Counted from the stretch's first letter, positions 1 through 9,358 are shown. The stretch is 64,000 nt of DNA from Candidatus Latescibacterota bacterium (GCA_965219455.1 OZ244744.1:4608001-4672000); one strand, 5' to 3'. Made by a program: numbers and translations. Notes: generated from the letters alone by a model not told the origin.

Positions 1-28
1 GAGTCTTACCGCCGTAGTTGGGAATCTT

Positions 29-1384
29 TTGATCGGAACGTTCATGGTGATTCCTGTATTGGTTCTGTCAGCTTCGATCGAGTGGTGGGTTCCGATCGTG
101 ATTTTCGGCCTGATGGTGCCGTCTGTTTGTGTTCAGCTCTATTACGAACAAAAGGCGTGGAACGTAGAGGCGCGACAAGCAAGTCTTCAAAGGCAGGTCG
201 GGATCTTCGAAAGGATCCTGACTTCGAAGGAATTCGCAAAGGAGCTTCGGTTGTTCGGGATCCAGTCGTTGATCCTCGATCGTTGGAAGGATAAGTTCTG
301 GTCTGTCTTCAGAGAAAGCTACGAGGTGACGAGGCGTGGAACTTATCAGATTCTATTTTGGTCGCTACTCAGCGTTGTCGGAGTCGGTGCGCCGTTCGTG
401 TACGTTGTTCTCGCAGTCTTGGATGGGCGTTTTTCGGTCGGCGATTTAGCCCTCTACGTTGGTCTTGTGTACCAGGTACAGCGCAGCATCTTCATCCTGG
501 TCGACAATACGTCCAGGCTTCGGACTGTTGGGTTAGCTATCGGGCCTATCTTTCGCATTCTCAATCTTGAACCGGAACTGAAGGATCAAGGCGGAGAAAT
601 CGTTGAACGAGATGAAACAGCCATTGACATTGACGGACTGTCCTTCTCGTATCCCGGTGAGACTCGTCTTGTACTGAAAGACATTAATCTGAGACTGCGA
701 GCCGGGGAGACAGTTGCAATTGTTGGAGAGAACGGAGCAGGAAAAACCACGCTTGTAAAGTTGCTATGTCGGCTCTTCGACCCTGTGAAGGGATCAATTT
801 CCTGGAATGGTATGGATATCAGGGAAATTGGCTTAGCGGATCTAAGACGAAGAATCGGTACGGTGATGCAGGACTTCGCACGGTTTCCGCTTTCGGGGGC
901 AGAGAACATTGGCATCGGGTCAATTGACAACCTGTGTGATAGGGATGCTATTGAAGCCGCAGCCACCGGTGCCGGACTTCGTGAGGTCCTTAAGACGCGG
1001 CCAGGATTTATGGACAAGCACTTAACAAGGGAACTCGATGACGGTATTGAACTATCTGGGGGGGAGTGGCAGCGGGTAGCACTTGCTCGAGCCTTCATGA
1101 GGCTGTCGCGATGCAGCCTGGTAATCCTGGACGAGCCTACTGCGGCCCTGGATCCGAAAACGGAGTATGAAATACACTCCGTTCTGGCAGACATTGCTAA
1201 GGACAAAACTTCCGTGATTATTACACATCGGCTTTCCCTCGCTCGAATTTCTGACAGGATCGTTGTTCTTGAAGATGGTAGAGTCGTGGAGGAGGGCACG
1301 CATGAGGAGTTGATGTCGATCAAGGGCGTGTATTCATCAATGTTCATGCGGCAAGCCATTCGTTACACGGATAATCTGGCATAG
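29..1384 (+). CDS. ABC transporter ATP-binding/permease (5' probably outside window)
   Basis: TM helices, then Walker A GENGAGKTT, signature LSGGEWQR, Walker B ILDEPT. Confidence 0.9.
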   Translation: MIGTFMVIPVLVLSASIEWWVPIVIFGLMVPSVCVQLYYEQKAWNVEARQASLQRQVGIFERILTSKEFAKELRLFGIQSLILDRWKDKFWSVFRESYEVTRRGTYQILFWSLLSVVGVGAPFVYVVLAVLDGRFSVGDLALYVGLVYQVQRSIFILVDNTSRLRTVGLAIGPIFRILNLEPELKDQGGEIVERDETAIDIDGLSFSYPGETRLVLKDINLRLRAGETVAIVGENGAGKTTLVKLLCRLFDPVKGSISWNGMDIREIGLADLRRRIGTVMQDFARFPLSGAENIGIGSIDNLCDRDAIEAAATGAGLREVLKTRPGFMDKHLTRELDDGIELSGGEWQRVALARAFMRLSRCSLVILDEPTAALDPKTEYEIHSVLADIAKDKTSVIITHRLSLARISDRIVVLEDGRVVEEGTHEELMSIKGVYSSMFMRQAIRYTDNLA

Positions 1385-1443
1385 TTATGAGTATAGCAAG
1401 CTCATCGAAATGACGTACTCGATTTTGATAAAGGGGACATGAA

Positions 1444-1605
1444 ATGAAGACGTATGGACGATGTCACGATCAATTTGTTTCTCAAGAATTTGGAAGCGAA
1501 GGGTTGCTGCTCAGTCTTCAAACGGGGCAATATTTCTCACTGAATCACACTGCTATTGCAGGCACCCAGTTCACGGAGTTTCCACGACCGATTACAGTGG
1601 GTTAA
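1444..1605 (+). pseudogene. Truncated PqqD/RiPP-recognition-element-like ORF (53 aa)
   Basis: Manual translation MKTYGRCHDQFVSQEFGSEGLLLSLQTGQYFSLNHTA, resembling the PqqD N-terminal half; RBS aagggga upstream; runs into attC. Confidence 0.5.
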
Positions 1606-1679
1606 TGCTGCGCCGCCTTCAGGCGGCTTGGCCTTCGCCAACCGGCTAAGCCGGTTCACAAACCCACAAAACGTTACCT
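1588..1679 (+). repeat. attC-like site
   Basis: GTGGGTT/AACCCAC stem, AACCGGCTAAGCCGGTT sub-hairpin, ends AAAAC-GTTACCT; R'' degenerate. Confidence 0.7.
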
Positions 1680-1719
1680 GCAATGCGCCGCTACGGCCGG
1701 TTCCGGGCCGAGAAAACCA

Positions 1720-2697
1720 ATGGAATCCCGCTATCCCAGATCTAGAGACGAAACGGGCCCACTGCCTGATCAGCCGGAGATCACGGAACTCTGCAAGCGA
1801 TTCTGGGGTCTGGAAGTAACAAACGTCCGCAGGGCGAATTCACGGTGCGTCTTCTTTTGCGACAGTTTGCGGGACGGACTCGTTGTGTTCCGCGTGAATC
1901 CGGGATGGGACGGTTCGACCCATCCCAAAACCATTGTGGAATTCGTTCGACACCTTGCCGATCGCGGCGCGCCGTGCCCTGATATCCGTCCAACCACGGA
2001 TGGCAGCCCCTGCAAATCCGTTCGAGACCTCGTGATTTCGGTCGAGAGCTTCCTGGAAGGAGAGGTTGTAGACCGCGTCGATACGCTCCGCAACGTGGGG
2101 GAGGCTCTCGCACGGGTTCACGATGCGAGCGAAGACTTTCCGATCTACAGTTCAGAAGTCAAAGATGCGCGGCTGTACATCTCGGATGCTCTCGAGTATT
2201 GCGAGAGGACGAGGTTCTCCTCGAACGCGGCAGATGCAGTCACTCGGCTTCGAGCACAGTTGAAATACACACCGAACAAGATGAACGTTCGTTGGCTCTT
2301 CTGTCGTGGAGATGTGCGAAGTTGGAACACGATTGCTTCCCCGTCAGGTGAGGTCCGATTCACCGACTTTAATTCTGCTCACTTCGCTCCGGCGCTTGTG
2401 GATGTGGTGATGGTCCGGATGCAATGGCTGATGGGGACCGTGGGTCGACAGCTTACAGACGAGGAAATGCAGCGGTTCGTGGAGGGGTACTTCTCAGTCC
2501 GGCCTCCCTCAGATGATGAACGTACCGCACTCCCGCTTATCTTCGCGGCCTACTATGCCAGGCGCCTCTGCCAGCTCCACCGGAAATGGGGTCCGAGGTC
2601 GCCTAATCGGAAAACCTGGAAACTGGAAGACCGAATTCTCGCTCTCCCGCATGCGGCGATTCGTATGGGCGAGGCTGCAATCGAAGGCATAGATTGA
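1720..2697 (+). CDS. APH/choline-kinase-like phosphotransferase
   Basis: LARVH, degenerate Brenner motif RGDVRSWN, TDFN. Confidence 0.75.
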   Translation: MESRYPRSRDETGPLPDQPEITELCKRFWGLEVTNVRRANSRCVFFCDSLRDGLVVFRVNPGWDGSTHPKTIVEFVRHLADRGAPCPDIRPTTDGSPCKSVRDLVISVESFLEGEVVDRVDTLRNVGEALARVHDASEDFPIYSSEVKDARLYISDALEYCERTRFSSNAADAVTRLRAQLKYTPNKMNVRWLFCRGDVRSWNTIASPSGEVRFTDFNSAHFAPALVDVVMVRMQWLMGTVGRQLTDEEMQRFVEGYFSVRPPSDDERTALPLIFAAYYARRLCQLHRKWGPRSPNRKTWKLEDRILALPHAAIRMGEAAIEGID

Positions 2698-2797
2698 AAG
2701 GCAAGAATCAGGCAACCCGATGCTCGCCGACCCCCGAGGCCCGAATTCATCGCGCGCAAAGAACAGAACCATTCCAAACCAAAATGTGAGGTAACAA

Positions 2798-3754
2798 GTG
2801 GCGGCATCCCAAGTGATTGAGCTTGCGGAATTTCGGCGAAAGCTAAGCGCAATTCTACCGGAAAATTGTAGACCTTTTGTGTGTCAAGGGTCACCTTACG
2901 ACTGCAAGGTTTTTGTCGTAGGTCTAAATCCCGCCACCCCAATGAAGGATGTCTTCTGGCAGTATTGGAGTGATTCTACAGGTTTTGACAAAGATTCCTG
3001 GTTCGAAGCCTACAAGATTGAAAGGAAGAGTCGCCCCCTTAAACCAGGAAAGAAGAGCCGTCGTGATGTTGGCACTACTCGGCGCAATTTGAACAAACTC
3101 GCTGATTTAATTGGTACTGACGAAATATTGGAGACGAATATCTATTCGAAGCCAACCGAACATTACACTGAACTTCGGGCTGAGGAGAAGGATACGGTAG
3201 TTTTCGAGTTCCTTATGACTGAAATCAAGCCAAAGTTAATCATTTCGCACGGAAAAGATCCTGCGAGATATTTCGATCGTAAAGTTCGAGAGTTTGGCGA
3301 TTTTGAGATAGAAACGGTCATCAAAAAGGGCAATAGCTATGATATCATGAGTGTGCCACACTTATCAATAGGCTGGTCAACTAAAAAATTGGCAGTATTG
3401 GCTGATATCATATACAATAATATCCGAACTGCGAAGGGCAGCGTTTCCGCGAATTCAATTGTCGAACGTAACCAAGAACCTGTGGGCTTAAACAGCCGCG
3501 ACGTCCTAGATTTTCCCGATTGTTTAGAATACGTCAATGAGAATGGTCATGCGAATTCTATTGCTGCGATCCATAGGAGTAAAGCCAATTTGGATCCAAG
3601 CATATCAATTGAGTATTGGTGGGGCAACGCTGAAACGCCATCAGAGCGCGCAAGATGTATTCGTGGAGCGATTCGTAGAATCTCTGCTGAGCTATTGAAA
3701 GAGGGAAGATGCTCCAAGAATTTCAACGCAACATATCGAGTCGTATCTGGATAA
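2798..3754 (+). CDS. Uracil-DNA-glycosylase-like fold protein with extra C-terminal domain
   Basis: VFVVGLNPA, ETNIY, IKPKLIISHG, VPHLS motifs; AT-rich relative to neighbours. Confidence 0.6.
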   Translation: MAASQVIELAEFRRKLSAILPENCRPFVCQGSPYDCKVFVVGLNPATPMKDVFWQYWSDSTGFDKDSWFEAYKIERKSRPLKPGKKSRRDVGTTRRNLNKLADLIGTDEILETNIYSKPTEHYTELRAEEKDTVVFEFLMTEIKPKLIISHGKDPARYFDRKVREFGDFEIETVIKKGNSYDIMSVPHLSIGWSTKKLAVLADIIYNNIRTAKGSVSANSIVERNQEPVGLNSRDVLDFPDCLEYVNENGHANSIAAIHRSKANLDPSISIEYWWGNAETPSERARCIRGAIRRISAELLKEGRCSKNFNATYRVVSG

Positions 3755-3840
3755 TTTCAGAGCGAGACAAAATTCCAATGGTGTGCGTTGTAGGTCAGCC
3801 ACTCTAAGGCTTCGCTCTTGATTGGCGCGCGCTGCCATCA

Positions 3841-3930
3841 TTTGACACCGCGTCTGCGCTTCAGTCGCTACGCTCCATCGGCCATTCGGCAACCCGCTTC
3901 GTGGGTTCGCAAGTGAACAGAACGTTATCC
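3841..3930 (+). repeat. attC-like site
   Basis: GGCAACCCGCTTCGTGGGTTCGCAA family core, R' GTTATCC at 3924. Confidence 0.7.
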
Positions 3931-3933
3931 AAC

Positions 3934-4707
3934 ATGAAAACGCACAGATTTAGTGGTCTTTTCTTTGACCTTTACGGTACAATCCTTGTTTACGGGGACA
4001 TGATAATGGCCTGGGAAGATTGGTTTGACTCCATCCGTGAGTCAATGAAGGAATTTGGAGTGAATGTCGAGAAAGACTGCCTTCGAAAAATCTGCACTGG
4101 ATTTTTCAGCAAACCGGAACCCCCTATGGATGGCGTCAAAGGCCTAACGCCGTATGAGCGACGTATTGGGGCTTTGGGAGACCAGCTTGGAGTCGAATTT
4201 ACAGCGCGAGAGATGTCAGACATTTCGGAAAGGAGTGTACACTCTTGGTCACGACACACCTTTCCCGATCCTCAAGCCCAAAGCCTACTGAACGATTTGA
4301 GGGGCTCGCATCGAATGGCCCTAATCACGAATTTCGATCATCCACCCCATGTACATTCTCGCCTCGCGGAACTGGGACTCAGACAGTATTTCGATGCTGT
4401 TGTTGTATCGGGAGAGGTAGGTTCAAAAAAACCCGATCCAGGGATCTTCACCCTGGCGCTGGACAAGATTGGAATGGCAGCAGAGGACGTTGCGTTCATT
4501 GGCGATTCTATTGAGGACGACATCGGAGGGGCTAAAGCAATTGGAATGACTCCAATTCTGATTGATAGAAAAGGCAGGGGCACCGAGCCGGCCGCCCGAG
4601 ATTTCGGCAGCGAGAATTCTGATAATGAGCCAGGTTCCAGCACAGCATGTATAGATGGCGTACAGATTATTTCGTCGTTAGGTGCGCTTCGAAACATACT
4701 CATATAG
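3934..4707 (+). CDS. HAD family hydrolase
   Basis: FDLYGT, ITN, KKPDP, IGDSIEDD. Confidence 0.9.
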   Translation: MKTHRFSGLFFDLYGTILVYGDMIMAWEDWFDSIRESMKEFGVNVEKDCLRKICTGFFSKPEPPMDGVKGLTPYERRIGALGDQLGVEFTAREMSDISERSVHSWSRHTFPDPQAQSLLNDLRGSHRMALITNFDHPPHVHSRLAELGLRQYFDAVVVSGEVGSKKPDPGIFTLALDKIGMAAEDVAFIGDSIEDDIGGAKAIGMTPILIDRKGRGTEPAARDFGSENSDNEPGSSTACIDGVQIISSLGALRNILI

Positions 4708-4721
4708 TTTGTTTTCACGTC

Positions 4722-4797
4722 GGATAACAGCGCGGATTGCGCTGTGGCGCCTTCGGCAACCCCCTGCGCGGGTTCGCAAACCGGCGAAACGTTATGA
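4722..4797 (+). repeat. attC site
   Basis: R'' GGATAAC, GGATTGCG/CGCAAACC L boxes, R' GTTATGA. Confidence 0.85.
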
Positions 4798-4800
4798 GAA

Positions 4801-5565
4801 ATGCCAAAGCAATACTATTGCTTGCCGACAGGGGGTCTCCAGCCCGTGAATAACCAGCCAAACCGCTCACCGATTAGTTGGGACGAGGCGTTCGCACACC
4901 GCTACGTCGAATGGTCCGCTCATATGACCGCGGATGTTGCTTTCTACGTTGAAATTGCGCGCAGGACTGACGGAGCCCTCGTCGAGCTTGCCGTTGGGAA
5001 CGGCCGTGTTGCCATCCCTGTAGCACAGGCGACAGGCCGGAGAGTGATCGGCATTGATTCCTCGCCCATAATGCTCGAACAAGCAAGCGCCCATGCGGCC
5101 GAAGCCGGCGTAGAACTAGACCTGCGAGAGGGCGACATGCGTGACCTGACGCTCGATGAGCCGGCGGCGCTGATCTACTGTCCATTCCGGGCGCTCCTGC
5201 ACCTGCCCACGTGGGACGACCGCCGGCGCACCTTCGAACGGGTCGCCGCGGCGCTGCGGCCAAACGGACGATTCGCTTGGAACGCTTTCGCCTTCGATCA
5301 CCGAATCGCTGCGCGGCTGGATGGCGAACATCAGGACAAGCCCGTCCCGCATATGATCCGTTACGCGGTAGGCGAGAACAGGATCGACATTACGCTCGAC
5401 GACGGCGGGAAGAGCTCCGTCTGGTGGGCAACCAAGAATGAATGGCTCGCGCTCGTCGATGTCGCGGGCCTTCAGGTGGAGGCGCTTTACGGCGGCTTTG
5501 CCCGCGAACCTTTCGGGGACGACAGCACGGAATACGTGTTCCTCGCAACCCCCAGGCCACCTTAG
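4801..5565 (+). CDS. Class I SAM-dependent methyltransferase
   Basis: VELAVGNGR, GIDSS, GDMRD; true start may be GTG near 4846. Confidence 0.85.
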   Translation: MPKQYYCLPTGGLQPVNNQPNRSPISWDEAFAHRYVEWSAHMTADVAFYVEIARRTDGALVELAVGNGRVAIPVAQATGRRVIGIDSSPIMLEQASAHAAEAGVELDLREGDMRDLTLDEPAALIYCPFRALLHLPTWDDRRRTFERVAAALRPNGRFAWNAFAFDHRIAARLDGEHQDKPVPHMIRYAVGENRIDITLDDGGKSSVWWATKNEWLALVDVAGLQVEALYGGFAREPFGDDSTEYVFLATPRPP

Positions 5566-5725
5566 CAGCCCGTTGAAAAAGTCCATCCGGGCTGCGTCCG
5601 GCCCTTGTGGCCGAATTACTGCGTTGCGCTCCCTCCCCGAATCCCCCGATTCGACGCGGTCGCGCGCCTTGTCTTCGGCCACAATGACTCGGCCTCGCCT
5701 GCAGAGCGACTTTATCAACGGACTG
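5566..5725. mobile_element. 160-bp MITE (IS5/IS1182-like ends), intact copy
   Basis: 18-bp TIRs CAGCCCGTTGAAAAAGTC / CAGTCCGTTGATAAAGTC, flanked by TTAG duplication; first TTAG includes the gene stop. Confidence 0.85.
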
Positions 5726-6160
5726 TTAGCGGGCGAAGGGAACCTGAGTGGGCGACACAACTAGCTAGTGAACCGGTCGCCTACGGCATGCATACTACGC
5801 CGTATACATGTCCGCGCAGGCGTGGTTTGCGGCGATGCGACCAGGTGAAATAGTTGACAATCACACAGGCTTATTAAACCTGCTGTCCAATCAGATTCAC
5901 CAGCGTTCCCTGTTTCCAATGCAATGGAATGTGTCGTGTAAAGGCTGTTCAGAACTTTCTTCGATTTCGTTTTTGGGCCATCCCGAAACGGCTCGAATTG
6001 ACGACAGAGTGGAACCCCTATCACGACCCAGCTTAGAATAATTTTGGCCGCGGTTCGGTATGTTGCTATTTGCAACGAGGGATCGGCGTCTAAAGCGAAA
6101 TATTGACGAGTGGAAGAGGCAGCGCAATAGCACACGACTTAGGTGTTCTGACTAATTTCA

Positions 6161-6601
6161 ATGAAAACCCGTCACAGAGCCTACGCCTATATAACCAGCG
6201 GGAGCCGGCTGCTCGTGTTTACGCAACCGGGGGCGCCTGAAGCCGGAATTCAGGTTCCAGCGGGAACGATAGAGCCAGGTGAGAATCCTCGGGATGCGGT
6301 GATGCGAGAAGCAAGAGAGGAGACGGGTTTAGCCGAGCTCAGATGTGAACGGTTCCTGGCCCGGGATACCCGGGACATGCGGGATTGCGGGAGCGATGAA
6401 CTACAGTATCGCTGGTTTTTCCATTTGTCTGTGGAAGGACCAACAGAAGAAACCTGGCGTCATGGAGAATATTCTGAGGAAGGATCTCTCCTCCATCCGT
6501 TCGATTTCTTCTGGGCGGATGTCAGGGCACTTCCCAAGCTCGTTGCCAATTACGACGACAAGATTGACTTACTGGTAGAGTCAATGGACGCTGGCAATTA
6601 G
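6161..6601 (+). CDS. NUDIX hydrolase (copy 1)
   Basis: PAGTIEPGENPRDAVMREAREETG NUDIX box. Confidence 0.9.
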   Translation: MKTRHRAYAYITSGSRLLVFTQPGAPEAGIQVPAGTIEPGENPRDAVMREAREETGLAELRCERFLARDTRDMRDCGSDELQYRWFFHLSVEGPTEETWRHGEYSEEGSLLHPFDFFWADVRALPKLVANYDDKIDLLVESMDAGN

Positions 6602-6611
6602 CGCAATCGTC

Positions 6612-6724
6612 CTATAACAGCCCGGTTTGCGCTGCGTCGCGGAGTTTATCCTGAGCTTGTCGAATGGCGCCCTGGCCTTCGTCAACCAGGCTGCGCCAGG
6701 TTCGGCAACTGCAAAACGTAAAGT
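6612..6724 (+). repeat. attC-like site containing REP half-site
   Basis: R'' CTATAAC, L'' GGTTTGCG, internal GAGTTTATCCTGAGCTTGTCGAA, degenerate R' GTAAAGT. Confidence 0.7.
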
Positions 6725-6825
6725 GCCATGCCGGGGACGAAGTAAGGCAGCCTTCTAAGACCAGGTCATCCCGGATCTGTCGAAGTTCCGACACACGCAC
6801 TGGCAAAACATATAGGGTTTATGAA

Positions 6826-7473
6826 ATGAGCCATCTCTTTCTGTTTGGCGTGCTCACGATTCTACTGGCAGCAACGCCTCGCCACGAAGCGGCCTCAGGT
6901 CCGGAGGACGACTATGGACGGAGCCACCCGGACGGCCTGATCATCCCGTGGCAGTCGCTTCTTCAGGGCAAGGGCCTCGAAGGCTGGCGGGCGACCACGT
7001 CATCCGGAGCGTGGTCGCGCGTCGGTGACACCGTTGTGGGGAAGCTGGATGGCAAACGCAAGTCCCATATGTTCCAGGGCGATTCCAACTGGAAGAACTA
7101 CGAATATTCGCTCTTTGTCACGCTGGAAAAGGGCTCGTGCATGCAGTTCCCTTTCCGCGTTACTGACGACAGAAAGGGTTTCTACTTCGTCGAATTCGAT
7201 TACGCCTGGCAGTCAATTAACGTAACGTTGCGTGAGCCGGACCGTCATGGCGTCACCAAGCTCAGCGTCGTCAACTATCCCCTGGAGAAAGGACGCGAGT
7301 ACCACCTCATCATCTCGGCCAGGCAGCGCTCGCTGACTACCTATATTGACGGGAAGCTCGTCAACCAAGTTACCGATGCCAGGTACGACGGAGGCGGCAT
7401 CGGAATCGCAATGTGGTGGGACACTCGAGCGAAGTACCGCGATCCGAAGATACGGCACTACAAGTGGCCTTAG
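6826..7473 (+). CDS. Secreted DUF1080 (3-keto-disaccharide hydrolase-like) protein
   Basis: Signal peptide; LEGW, WKNYEY, YIDGKLV, GGIG, YRDPKIR. Confidence 0.75.
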   Translation: MSHLFLFGVLTILLAATPRHEAASGPEDDYGRSHPDGLIIPWQSLLQGKGLEGWRATTSSGAWSRVGDTVVGKLDGKRKSHMFQGDSNWKNYEYSLFVTLEKGSCMQFPFRVTDDRKGFYFVEFDYAWQSINVTLREPDRHGVTKLSVVNYPLEKGREYHLIISARQRSLTTYIDGKLVNQVTDARYDGGGIGIAMWWDTRAKYRDPKIRHYKWP

Positions 7474-7694
7474 TGCTCGATCCCGGAAAAAGATCGGCGA
7501 AATCCGGTCGACCGGAAGCAGTGAAGACAGCTATCAGCTCTCAGCCGTCAGCTTGAATCAGTAACCCGATCGGTTGATGTCACCGCCGTGAAGAGGCAGA
7601 TCGAGTACGGGCGCAGAGATTGCACTTCGAAAAGCTCAGCACAAGCAACGCAGCGAGACCGGATGCATGGATGCCCTCAAGTAGAGCACGCATC

Positions 7695-7747
7695 CTGTAA
7701 CTGCACGGACCGCGCTTCGCGGGTTCGCAAACCAGGGTTCGTTAATT
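7695..7747 (+). repeat. attC-like site (short)
   Basis: CTGTAAC ... GCTTCGCGGGTTCGCAAACC ... GTTAATT. Confidence 0.65.
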
Positions 7748-8019
7748 GACAGGGCGGTTTGAAAGGCCTATTGGAAAAACTCTGAGGAGTAGAATTGGTA
7801 TCCCACGAGTCCTTATTCGGATTTTGCTTACCGATGCAGATTTCGTTACATTTCCGGAAGGATTTCATCGATAATATCCGCATCGCAAGGAGAACAAAGG
7901 CCTAAAATCTTTCGGTTCTTCGGTAACATCATTCGCATGTTTTTCGAACCGAGAACACAGTGCTATCAGCCAAATTTTCATGCCTATTGTCACGATAACC
8001 TTGCCGTTTACGCTGTGGA

Positions 8020-8303
8020 TCACCGCTGTCCAGGAACGAAGCCGATTTTGGACAGGTGTGACCTTTTGTGTTTTTGTGCCTTTTGTGGCAAATGTTTTTT
8101 CGCGGCAAACTGGTAGAGCGGGACAATAGCCACAAAAAGCACAGAAGGCACAGAAGGACTACAAGCCAAAGGGTGGGTGAAAAAACGTCTGCAGTCCGTA
8201 CGAAATATTGGCGTTTTTCGCAGCTATTCAGTCGTTCACGAAATAAGCTTTTTTGCCTTATGTCACTGTTGTCCAAGAACGAAGCAGATTTTGGACAGGT
8301 GTG
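8020..8303. repeat. Direct-repeat pair enclosing an inverted GCCACAAAAAG-type repeat
   Basis: 34-bp direct repeats 8027-8060 and 8270-8303 (2 mismatches); inverted repeats 8062-8089 / 8129-8157. Confidence 0.8.
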
Positions 8304-8459
8304 GCTGTGGATGACATAGAACTGATCGCAGGGACCTTGCCACGCCGTCAACAACGATTCGTCGAAGCCTGGGCGGAGTTGCATCAGGAGGAGCTACTTG
8401 AAGATTGGGGTCGGCTCCAATCCGGGTATCTTCCCTTGCCGATCGATCCGCTCCGTTGA
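8304..8459 (+). pseudogene. DUF4160 (DhiT-like toxin) C-terminal remnant
   Basis: GTLPRRQQRFVEAWAELHQEELLEDW...IDPLR; N-terminus missing. Confidence 0.75.
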
Positions 8460-8470
8460 GGGGGTTTAGA

Positions 8471-8776
8471 ATGAGTCATCCAATTTATCGAGTCGTTTCG
8501 TTCGAGATTGTCCAGCCACATCGGATTAAAGTCAGATTCAACGATGAGACGACTCAGGTCATCGATTTTCGACCAGTTCTTGAAGGCGAGTTGTTCGGAC
8601 CTCTGATGGATGAAGTACTCTTCAATCAGGTGCGTATCGATACTGAGGTGCATACACTCGTCTGGCCGAATGGTGCTGACTTTGATCCAGCCACGCTTCA
8701 CGATTGGCCAGTTCATGAGAAAGAATTGAGGAAAATGGCCGGGCGTTGGTCAGAAGCACTGGCAGGAAATGAATGA
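8471..8776 (+). CDS. DUF2442 (DhiA-like antitoxin)
   Basis: FGPLMDEVLFNQV, TLVWPNGADFDPATL. Confidence 0.85.
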   Translation: MSHPIYRVVSFEIVQPHRIKVRFNDETTQVIDFRPVLEGELFGPLMDEVLFNQVRIDTEVHTLVWPNGADFDPATLHDWPVHEKELRKMAGRWSEALAGNE

Positions 8777-8917
8777 AATCAGGGGGTGATCGTTGCCTGT
8801 CGAACTCTACTGTGATTTGACAGACCACCACATCGGTTGATACGGCACCTCCGGCAACGGGGGTGCCGAGAATGTTACAGGACCTGTGAGACAAGGATCT
8901 CTCCAACCCCAACTCCG

Positions 8918-9358
8918 ATGAAAATCCGCCACAGAGCTTACGCCTATATAACGCAGGGGAGCCGGTTGCTCCTCTTCACTCAACCCGGGGCTCCGGAAGC
9001 CGGCATTCAGGTTCCCGCGGGGACGATCGAGCCGGGGGAGAATCCTCGGGATGCCGTAATGCGAGAAGCAAAAGAGGAGACGGGTTTAACCAAGCTCAAT
9101 TGTGAACGGTTCCTGGCCCGGGATACCCGAGACATGCGGGATTGCGGCAGCGATGAACTACAGTATCGCTGGTTCTTTCATTTGTCTGTGGAAGGACCAA
9201 CAGAAGAAACCTGGCGTTACGGCGAACATTCGGAGGACGGATCTCTCATTCATCCGTTCGATTTCTTCTGGGCGGATGTCAGAACGCTCCCCAGGCTCGT
9301 CGCCGGTTACGATGACAAGATTGACTTATTGATAGTGTCAATGGGCGCACACAAGTAG
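8918..9358 (+). CDS. NUDIX hydrolase (copy 2, paralogue of 6161-6601)
   Basis: Same 441-nt length and near-identical protein. Confidence 0.9.
   Translation: MKIRHRAYAYITQGSRLLLFTQPGAPEAGIQVPAGTIEPGENPRDAVMREAKEETGLTKLNCERFLARDTRDMRDCGSDELQYRWFFHLSVEGPTEETWRYGEHSEDGSLIHPFDFFWADVRTLPRLVAGYDDKIDLLIVSMGAHK

Noticed and set aside
586-1359. Long antisense ORFs (also 16415-17320, 26419-27300, 28607-29446, 50307-51062)
   Set aside because: Shadows of well-supported + strand genes or of intron RNA; no motifs.
7763-7950. Possible IS-end remnant AGGCCTATTGGAAAAACTC (similar weak ends at 5878-6010 and 49081-49160)
   Set aside because: No convincing matching TIR or target duplication.
7929-8384. 151-aa minus-strand ORF with internal repeat
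   Set aside because: The repeat arises from the non-coding 34-bp direct repeats.
6161-9358. NUDIX pair (or the 12905/21556 pair) as DGR template and variable repeats
   Set aside because: Differences are not adenine-specific and there is no DGR-type RT or Avd.
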